Under the pieces are notes generated by a model. The model saw only the letters and a program-made list of their open reading frames with translations, was not told the origin of the DNA and searched no databases. DNA of 64,000 nt from Eledone cirrhosa (lineage: Eukaryota), in NCBI GenBank assembly GCA_964016885.1, contig OZ024740.1:364126001-364190000 (forward strand), in the 5' to 3' direction. The translations under genes and the position numbers were made by a program. Shown here one piece after another: positions 54,051 through 64,000 of this stretch (position 1 is its first letter; every line of letters begins with the position of its first letter).

Positions 54051-55025
54051 CAGGGTGACTCAAAAGTATATTTAGTCCAAACCATATATCAAGAATTCAC
54101 TATCTTCTGATGATTCTATCTAGAGTTACAGTACAAGTTCCAAGTGATCCCCATTTGAACCCATGCACCTGTTGAGGTGCATGGTGAAGTTTAGCATAAC
54201 GTCTTTACAGATAGATCTAGGGATGGCTCTGATCTCCTCCTTGATTTTTCCTTTAGTTCAGTGATGGCTCTAAGTTTGTTGACGTATCCTACCCTATCCT
54301 TCAGAGAGCTCCAAAGAAAGAAATCTGAGTGGTTTAAATCAAGGCTGTGTGAGGCCCACTCAAAATCAGTCTTCAAGAGGTAGGATGACATTTTATGTAT
54401 TGCTGGAACTAGAAAATATTCATTAGAGATGGATACATGGTCTGTAGCTCTTTTCTGATGTCTTCCAGAACTTCTACATAGCGTTCCTTTGTGACTATAG
54501 CAATGACACCATTTTCTTCAAAAACGAATGGGCTAATCATCATCCTCTTAGAAATGGCAGTCCTGACAGTACAGTTAGCTGAGTGGAAATGTTTCCCAGC
54601 CACTTCAGTGGGTTTCTCTGACCCTCAGAATACATTTTCTTATTGTTGATCTTCCCCTCTAAATGAAAGTTGGCTTCATCAGAGGTCCACGGCAGATTCA
54701 GAAAATTTGGGATGTTTTTCTTCCTCTCCAGCATTTTCTCAGCCATAGCCTCTCTCTTAGTCTTATCAGCTACAGTAAGCTTTTGATTAGTCTGTATTCT
54801 GTATAGGTACTTAAGATCCTCTTTGACTACCCTTCTGCAATTTTCTGTGGAGAGACCCATGGATTGGTTTTTGCTATGCAGTGGTCGCTTTGGGCTCTGT
54901 TCAACAGACTTTCAGACCATGTCAATAACTTTCTGTGTACACTTCCTGGGTCGTCCAAAGTGGATAAGACAGTCCTCAGACATTGTATTGAGGTTCTCCA
55001 CAGTCCTATAGGTCTCAAACTTCTT
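54051..55025 (-). mobile_element. Degenerate Tc1/mariner-superfamily transposase (maT/rosa-like motifs)
   Basis: WTSDEANFHLEG.IN and W..HS.DLN.SDFFLW..LKDRV motifs; terminus TA|CAGGGTG at ~54049. Confidence 0.75.
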
Positions 55026-55934
55026 TAGCTACTTTTATATATTAGCTTTGTAGGGAGATTTGTCCATTCCTTTAGGAATGGACAAATCTCTCTTCAAAGC
55101 TAATATATACATGAAATTGCTCCTCGACCTGCTTGAATGAGCCACATTTATAGTAGCGTTACATGCGTAAAATCTGTTGCTGGAGCTTCTTTTGGGGTCG
55201 TTTTGTTTTGGAAGACATAAACAAAAATACAAGAAACTATAAATTTAGCTAACTTTTTTCTTACTTAATGTGATTTTTGGCTGTGAATCTTATCCAAAAT
55301 TGCTCCAATTTCCAGGTCATAAATATATAAAAATTTATAAAAATGTATTTATGTTTTTTTATAAATGTGTATATATTTAGGGAGTGGTAGTGAGTGTGGG
55401 TGTGTAGCTGTGCATGTGTGTTTGTGTGCATCCGTGTGTATCATTAATTATGTGGGGATGGGTGTGATGGAAGAATTAAGGAGGTAGAATTATATTGATG
55501 AGTGTATGTATGTCTCCTAGTAGGCATATTGTTTGCAATTTGCAGGCGATGGCGCCAGGGCATGGATGCCATAGTAAACAAATTGAAGACGTTTTTCTTT
55601 TTCAAAATGCTTTTAAAGAAATACAGAGAAAGTTATTTTATCTCAAGGGTTGCACAAACAAAATACTTAATTGTACTAAATAAGGCTGAATTTTTTCAGC
55701 AATAAGAAATGAAAAGGTTTTTTTGAAGAGATCTTTTTACTGTATTGACTATGATTCTTGTATTTCTTTGGGACATTCGTCATCCAAATCTTGAATTAAT
55801 CCCCTGACAATGCTTTAGTATTATATGTTAATATTGAGCTGAAACATGTATAGACATTAATGAAATAATTTGAAGTATTTTGATTGTCAATTGATTAAAA
55901 TGTGTGTGTGTGTGCATGTGTCTGTGTACAAATA

Positions 55935-57112
55935 ATACTATACTTAGCTTTCATTGACCTAGAAAACACATTTGACAGACTACACCAATCTATTATCTGG
56001 TGGTCCTTAAGGAAATTAGGTGTAGAAAAATGGTTGATGAGAGCAGTGCAAGTCATGTACAGAAGAGCTGTCAGCAAAGTGGGAGTAGGAATTCAAGGTA
56101 CACGTAGTTCATCATGGTTTAGTCCTTAGCCCATAGTTCTTCAGGCTGTATCACGGCTGCCTGTGGAAACTTTTCTGTGCAAATGATCTGGTCCTAATAG
56201 CCGAATCCATTAAAGACCTAGAAAATAAGTTCTGACTGTGGAATCAAAAGGCTGAAAAATAAACTTAGCTAAAACTAAAATGCTTGTGAGTAGGAGAGAA
56301 GATAGGACCCTCATTCCTCCAGGGAAGTGGCTTGCTCAATACAATGTACACAATGTAAATCTTGAGTACACAAGAGATGTAGTGGGATAATGAGTAGGCT
56401 AACAGGAAGGGAAGACTTTGTTTGTAAAAGATGCACAAGGGTAACTGAGGGGGAAGATAGCCAGTGATAGCATATTCCAGTCACAGGAACGACCTATAGT
56501 AGTTGATAGTTTCTGCTATCTAGGCCACATAATTAGCAATTGAGGAGGCTGTTCTGAGAGCATAATAACTAGAATAAGGATAAGATGGAAAAAGTTCAGA
56601 GAGCTACTCCCACTTTTGACCACAAAAGGTTTCTCCCGACATACAAAAGGATGTCTGTTTGTCGCTTGTGTGCGAAGTGTGATGCTTCATGGTAGTGAAA
56701 CATGGGTTGTGACTGTGGGGGACATGCGTAGACTGGATAGAAATGAAGCAGCCATGCTTTGTTGGATGTGCGATGTAAGTGTGAGAGAGAGGCAGAGCTT
56801 GGACGAGTTGAAGAAGCTGGGATTAAGAGGAATCTAGGGTGGTGTGCAGGAGAGAAGACTGTGTTGATTTGGACATGTGATGTGTATGAAAAATGATCAT
56901 TGGTTGAAGAAGTGCCAGGAAATACCAGTGGAAGGAAGTCATAGTAGAGGTAGACCAAGAAAGACCTGGGCAGAGGTTGTGAGAGAGCTGACCTCAAATA
57001 ACTGAGACTCACAGAGGTGATGACAAAGAATCGCGATGTGTGGAGAAATGCTCTGCTGAGAAAGATCCGTCCAACCCATGCAAGCATAAAAAAGCGGATG
57101 TATAAACGATGA
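55935..57112 (+). mobile_element. RTE-like LINE 3' half, same family as 1-860; smaller remnants at ~60180-60565 (+) and ~63170-63425 (-)
   Basis: YLAFIDLE.TFD, ADDL-like, Cys finger, MLHGSETW and RGRPRKTW motifs; tail aacccatgcaagcat.aaaagcggatgt. Confidence 0.8.
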
Positions 57113-57160
<48 letters not shown>

Positions 57161-58523
57161 CATATAACATATTGGTGTTAGGAGGGGCATCCAGCCATAG
57201 AAAACCTGCCAGACAGTCCTATACGAGCAAGACAACCAATCTTGCCTCAAGTGGGACAATTTTCATGGGTTCAAATGGAGTAGTGTGCAGTGTAGTGGTA
57301 TGTGGTGCAGTGTAGTGGAGTGGTTTGGAATGGGGTGATATGGAGTGGAGTAAGTGCTTAACCTATGATACATAAAAAAAAAATCGTCAACATAATTGTT
57401 CCTGACTTACCACACACCTGTCAACTCTCCCCGTCGGACGAGGAGATTTCCCACCCACTTTGGGGTGGGTGAGAGACGTCATCTCTTGTGAAAATAGGTA
57501 TAGCTTTCATTATGTAAAATCTCTCCGTTTTGGGTTTTTAGAGGTTGGCAGGTCAGTAACTATGTCAGCTTCAATCACTATCACACCATCAAAATGTTGC
57601 CTCTTTTTGCCTTTTTTATAAATATTCTCATGGGGACTGTTTTGGTCAGCTTTCCTCTTTGTTCCTTTGTATTAAATGGAGCACCACATTAGTAGCTAGC
57701 TCTCATCCATTTACAGTTAAAATTCCTAAATACAATCACAAATCTCAACTATGGAATTCTCTTCCAGCTTCTTGCTTTCCTGACCACTACAATTTGCAAA
57801 AATCGAAAAGCAACATCAATTGTCTCCTTCTCTCTCCTTGAACTATGTCCAATCTCAGTAACATCTTACATTTTAGTGGCTTCATTGCCTTGCTTGGAGT
57901 GAGCTAAATAAGGGTCTTTAAATAGATATAAGCCCAATAACCCTTATTACCATATTTCTAATAATTTTGACAATACTGAGGAATTTAAAGGGATTTAGTA
58001 ATACAACTTTCTCATTATTAAGTTGGTGTTTGGAATATAGCTTAGAGATTTTTAGATAAATATAAACACTTTAAAAACAAACAATTTTGCGCTATAGAAC
58101 TGGGTGTAGGTTCATGCAGTTGGCTAACAAAAGGGTTAAGTATAGATTCATGAAATAAAATTAATCTCAAGATTTCCCTTTTCCATCATTCTTACAATTT
58201 TTGTGTTGAAGCGATGTAAATTGATGAAAACTGTTGTTTGATTAAAGGGAAATAACTCTTATTTGGCGTTATACTTGTCTGGAAAGTTTCATCTCAGACC
58301 CTGTGTTGAAACTAAAACAATTACAGTGTGGGAGAGTAATTTTAGCCATTCACAAACACAAAAAACTATTAACATCGTTTTATATTTATTGTTTATTTTT
58401 TGGATGCTTTTTTATCATGAACCCATAAAAATTGTCCCACTCCAAGAAAAAAAAAACACGTAATACTGTAAAGTTGAAAGACAAAAAGAAAACAAACCAA
58501 AACTGCGTTCAGCTAGAGATATA

Positions 58524-58600
58524 CAGGGTGTCCCAAAAATGTATACACACTTCAATAGTATTCTGATAAATATGTGTATACATTTTTGGAGGACACCCTG
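58524..58600. mobile_element. 77-bp Tc1/mariner micro-MITE
   Basis: TA|cagggtgtcccaaaaatgtatacaca ... tgtgtatacatttttggaggacaccctg|TA. Confidence 0.8.
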
Positions 58601-59250
58601 TATGTATTAACGTAAAGACAAACAATGTTGACCAGTAAAACTAAAATGCGGAGTATTTCTAAGATATAGTATGGAACTATAACTAATATGTTGCTACCCA
58701 GAATTCTAAGAATTCATTAGCAGTAGTACTAACACAGTGTGATTTTAAATAGAGGTATTTATGAGAGCATAAACAATATGATTATGCACAATATACATAC
58801 ATAGTATTTATGTTAATACTACAGCTAATTAAAACTACTCCATTAAGCTTGCACTATATGCAAATAAGACATCATCAAAAATGTATTATTTGCAAAATCT
58901 CTATATAAGAAGCATTAAATTCTATACCCCAGTACTGAATGAGTGAGCATCACTGATGATGGATTATATTGAAATTTATAGATCTCGCATTCTCACAGGT
59001 AACTAATATAATCACAGCTTAAAATACAATGAGACTATGTATGTTTATTATAGGGGAAGCATATGTTAAATGATGATGATTGTGTATGCCTCCATATATA
59101 CCATATATACTTCTCTCTTGCCCCCCCCCCCCTCTCTTTATATACATATATATCATCATCATCATTGTCTGCTTTTCCATGTTTGCATGGGTTGGATATA
59201 TATACATCATCTGATCATCTAATTCCTCAAGCATCACGGAAACAGGTCAC

Positions 59251-59282
<32 letters not shown>

Positions 59283-60578
59283 GAGAGAGAGTGATGTGCC
59301 TTCATATACACCCCTATTTTAGGAATTCAATTATATGCTATTTGGTAAGTTAGTTTGAGTTGAAGTGCAATATTTAATCTATTGTAGCTATAAAGCTGCA
59401 TGTGTAAGAAGTGCCATGATTTATGGGAGTGAGACGTGGGTGATGAATATGGTGCAGTAGAGAAGCCTGGAAAGAACGGAAATGAGTATGGTCCAGTAGA
59501 TGAGTGGAGTATTGCTGAGAGAGGAGAAAAACAAACAGTGAAATACAGAGAATGATGGGAATAGAGCTTGTAAAATACAGATAACATTCTGTGGTACCTA
59601 TTTCCAGCAGTTTGGTGAACCAAAACATAGATACAGTAAAAAACAAAAATCCTATGGTAGATTTAATCTCAAGACCCATAAAACAGTGGTTGAATATGTT
59701 ATCTACTTAATTATTTTATTTTGATTGAACAGCAGGGCATAAATAGAATGAATTTACTTCTAACCAATTCCTAACAGCAGAACTAAATGCTGATTTCTCT
59801 ACTGATTTCAATTCCTACCTTTCAAAGTAGAAAATCTATATTTTCTTGCTTGTACATGTTACATGAAGGATAGAACCAATACCTGTTTCATGGGCTTTAA
59901 GTGACTGAAAGTATAAACCTTCTCCCTGGATGGGACATCATCCATCACAAGGCTAATCCCCAGCTGTTGCTATTGCTTGTACACATTTTCAGCTGAGAAA
60001 GCTGGAGCAACATGAAATGAAAGGCCTTACACACATCATGTCATTTAGTCTGGAACTCAATCCCTTTAAACTTATGATCATATCCAAAACCCACTAGGTT
60101 CCATGCCTTTACAACTGCTTAAGTATATGTGTGCATGTGTGTGTGTATATATGTGTATGGGAATGTGTGTGTGTGTGCATGACCTGTGAATGCAGAGGTT
60201 ATACAAAGGCTGGAGAGAAAAGCGAGCATGCTTCATTGGCTGTGCAATGTTAATGCGCATAAATGACAAAGTATGGATATGAAAGAAAAGCTGGATATAA
60301 GAGGAATCAGATGTAGTGTGCAGGAGAAAAGACTTGTATGGGTATGTGATGCAATGGAGGATCATTGGATGAAGAAATTCCAAGAAATTCAAATGAAAGT
60401 ATGCTGGTGTAGAGGAAAACCAAGGAAGACCTAAGAGATGAGATGAGAGCTGATTTCAAAACACAGATGATGCAAAGCAATGAGTAGAAGGATGGTGTGC
60501 TGGATAAGACATGTCCAACTCATGCAGGCGTAGAAAAGCAGACACAAAATGATGATGTTGATGATAAACAAATCTCTC

Positions 60579-60631
<53 letters not shown>

Positions 60632-61432
60632 GGTATGAATCGAAATTGTAGCTGCCATATGGCAGATAATAATTGAGTTGTTTGAGGCACTCAATGGATC
60701 AAGAAGCTAAACATTATCGTTCGGAGTAAAACACAACAGTTAAAAAGGGTGACACCAAGAAAAACAACCTAATGCAATGGCCATACTTATATTGCTAGCT
60801 TCATATTGGAAACAGGTACAGGGAATTCAATAGGCTTCCAAACAGTTTCCATCTATACACTTTTACTCACAAGACTTGATTTGTTGAGTTGACCCTAGGC
60901 TTTGGTAAATATCACTTGCCCAAGATATCATTCAGTAGGATTGAACCTACAATTTTATGACTGAGTAGCAAACTTCTTAATTATTCGACCATGCTATAAC
61001 CTTTCTTAGAACATTGTTTTTTTGTTTGTCGTTAACTTAATATAATATTTTTTTGTGTTCAAATTTTGAATCTATTCTTCTATTTCTTGCATTTGTGGCT
61101 TTTGGAGTAATTAGTTTACAATGATAGTTTTTTTATTATTATTATTACATTGCCATTAATGTTATTTATGCATTCCCTTGAAAATATTTCCAACAAATTT
61201 TTATAATTTAAACATTTTAAAACATAAATATTCTCTACACATACATGCACACACACATGCACACATACAATTACATATGTGCACACACTTACATGCATGC
61301 ATGCACATATGTGCTGACTGTTTTTCTTTGACTTAATAATACTTTTTCTTTCAATCTTACGTAAGATTGAAATCTTACTTCTGGCTTGTGTTTTATGCTC
61401 TCACTCTTTTTGCCTTCTCTCTCTCACTCACA

Positions 61433-61467
<35 letters not shown>

Positions 61468-61668
61468 CCTCTCTCTCTTTCTCTCTTTGTTTCTCCCTCC
61501 CTTTCTACTTTATATATGTGTATGTTTGCTTCTTTGTGTTTATGAATATAAATACTGGTAAAAGAGTATATATATATATATATATATATATATTAGGGTA
61601 AACATTGATGCAATTCAATTCAAGCACTCAACGTACTTTTTCCACATAGGAGTGACGGAGTAAATATC

Positions 61669-61995
61669 GAATAAGGAAAAGCGAAGTAGTTTCAGATGTT
61701 CAAGTCCTTTAATAATAATGCTGTGATATATATTTCAGTGACAACACTGGCCACACTGTTCTGTGTGCGAGTGTCGTGTCATCATCAGACAGCTTGTTAC
61801 ATAATAAGGTTATGTTTCCAAGGCGATCCAATTTGGATTGCCTCGGAAACATAACCTTATTATGTAACAAGCTGTCTGATGATGACACGACACTCGCACA
61901 CAGAACAGTGTGGCCAGTGTTGTCACTGAAATATATATCACAGCATTATTATTAAAGGACTTGAACATCTGAAACTACTTTGCTTTTCCTTATTC
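61669..61995. repeat. Near-perfect ~325-bp palindrome between (TA)n tracts
   Basis: Arms mirror around gatccaatttggattg (~61835). Confidence 0.95.
61871..61944 (+). ncRNA. Hammerhead ribozyme (family 7); mirror copy at 61720-61793 (-)
   Basis: gctgt-CTGATGA-long stem II (tgac..acact..cacac/gtgtg..agtgt.tgtca)-GAAA-tatata-TC-acagc. Confidence 0.8.
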
Positions 61996-62030
<35 letters not shown>

Positions 62031-62147
62031 CGTATAGAGTTATTAGACCAATGTGTTCTCTTATTTATTCTCTTGCTTTCAACAACTTCCAGATTGTGAG
62101 TAGCAGGAAGTAACAAAAAATCTGGAAGTTTGCTGAAAATATAAAAC

Positions 62148-62235
62148 AAATGAAATGGTAAAACAATCATCACATAATGAAATGGTAAAACAATCATCAC
62201 ATAATGAAATGGTAAAACAATCATCACATAATGGA
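62148..62235. repeat. 27-bp tandem repeat x3
   Basis: aatgaaatggtaaaacaatcatcacat. Confidence 0.85.
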
Positions 62236-62599
62236 ATTGTGAAACAAAAAAACTATACTCTAAACGACACTTAAAACATTTTAAACATCAAAATATGAAA
62301 ACTCCACAAATATATTTTATACTCCTGAGAATTTCAAAACCACACCATTTAAATATAATGTGATTATCTGCCTAGGCTAATAAATGGTGTTTGGGTTTTT
62401 GCCCTTTTCTCAGATATAAAATAGAGGGTCAGCTTATATTCAGATAAGCTTATATTCGAGTATACACAATAAGTCGCCTTATGTTGCTTCAAAATCAGCT
62501 AAAAATATGTCTATATTTGCGTGCGTATATACACAGTCACACACACAAATATACATATACGTATCCTTATTATCAAGAGCATATATTGAGTGTGTACAA

Positions 62600-62838
62600 C
62601 TAGATGCCTTTCCTAACACCAACCACATTTATAGTGTGTACTGGGTGCTTTTTTTCATGACACCTACACAACCACTTTACAGTGTAGGCTAGGTGCTTTT
62701 TGTCATGACACCTACATGACAACTTTACAGTGAGTACTGGGTGCTTTTTATCATGACACCTACACGACCTCTTTACAGTGAGGGCTGAGTGCTTTTTGTT
62801 GTGATACCAATGCGACCACTCTACAGTATGGACTGGGG
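62600..62838 (-). repeat. ~50-bp degenerate tandem repeat (4-5 copies) derived from the SINE A body
   Basis: ctttacagtg.gtactgggtgctttttatcatgacacctacac repeated, preceded by gatgcctttcctaacaccaacc. Confidence 0.75.
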
Positions 62839-64000
62839 ATTAGGGCAAGGGTGTAACAGTATGGAATAAGGTGTGGTGTGATCAGTTGGGGGTGAGTGTT
62901 AGGGTGTGGGAGGTGTATGGAAGGGAGTGGGAGATAAGGGTTAAGAGGTTCATACTAGATGTATGCTTCAGTCCAAATGCATGGGGAAGTGGGTCTTCTG
63001 TGACACTGCATAACACCAAAGATCTCGATTATGTGTCATTGGTTTGAGAGGTGCAATTTTGCAGCTTTTATAACCTTGTCCCAGCTCTTATTGGATCCTC
63101 TTACTCCATAACTGCCATCAACTTTGATCGCCATTCATCTTTTTATACAGCTGTCATCCTTCATATGTATCACATGGCCATACCAATGCAATCTCCTCTC
63201 TTACACACTGCATCTGATCCCTCTTATGCCCAATTTCTCTCTCAGTTCATTTACGCTTACTCGTTTGTGCATATTACTATTACACATCCATCGGAGAATG
63301 CAGGCTTCATTTCTTTCCAATCTTTGCAGGTCCTCTGCACAGAGTGCCAGAGTCTCACTATCATGCAATATTGCTGTTTGCATACATGCACCATATAATC
63401 TGCCCTTCATTTTGAGGAAAAAACCTTGATTATTTTCAAAATTTGAAAATCATAGACAGTGTTTTTCATTAGAAATATAGTAATGAAATGGTTAATATAC
63501 ATCTATTTTTAAATTTCTATGTTTATCTAAAACCTTTCCATTATAATTTTATGTTAAATTATACTCCAAACACCAGCTTAATAATGAGAATTTTAGTGAT
63601 AAATCCTTCCAAATTCTTAATTATTTTCCAAATGATCTAAAAGTGTATTTCATTAGAAATATAGTAACAAAAGGGTTAATGAATTCAAATACAGTGTATT
63701 TCATTAGAAATATAGTAATGAGAGGGTTAAGACTAACTTAAGAATTTGAGTGTTTTTATCTTCTCCATAATATCATTATGAGGTTGAATGTCTCCTTGCT
63801 AATTAGACTTAGTTTTAATAACCATTTATCTTATTGATTATTAATCTAAATTATTGGGTCTTCTCTTGTAGATTGTATATAATATACTGCATATTTGCAA
63901 AACGTGAGAACCATATCATCTGTATAGTCCAAATCCATGAAGTATTTCCCATTTACCAATTCTCTGCAATTCTTTGATTGTTTTGTTCATGCTATAGACA

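Overview
AT-rich eukaryotic genomic DNA. The SINE families and the abundant (TA)n/(CA)n tracts resemble an octopus or other cephalopod, but this is an inference. One host gene is supported: a 4-exon MAP1LC3 (Atg8/LC3) gene on the - strand (ATG 25674, stop 6609, 124 aa), which the ORF track misses because it is spliced. The rest is mostly transposon-derived. It includes RTE- and CR1-type LINE remnants, a near full-length GC-rich CRE-type (RLE) retroelement, two tRNA-SINE families, Helitrons, mariner and piggyBac-like MITEs, a 39-bp minisatellite, and a three-LTR tandem non-autonomous LTR element with an unusually long tRNA-Trp match. The most striking structure lies mainly between 39 and 62 kb. 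There, about a dozen type-I hammerhead ribozyme motifs from roughly seven unrelated sequence families sit in short fold-back elements inserted in (TA)n microsatellites, mostly as head-to-head pairs with one ribozyme per strand. One family is physically linked to a Penelope-like GIY-YIG ORF. All folds and alignments were done by eye; no database search was run.
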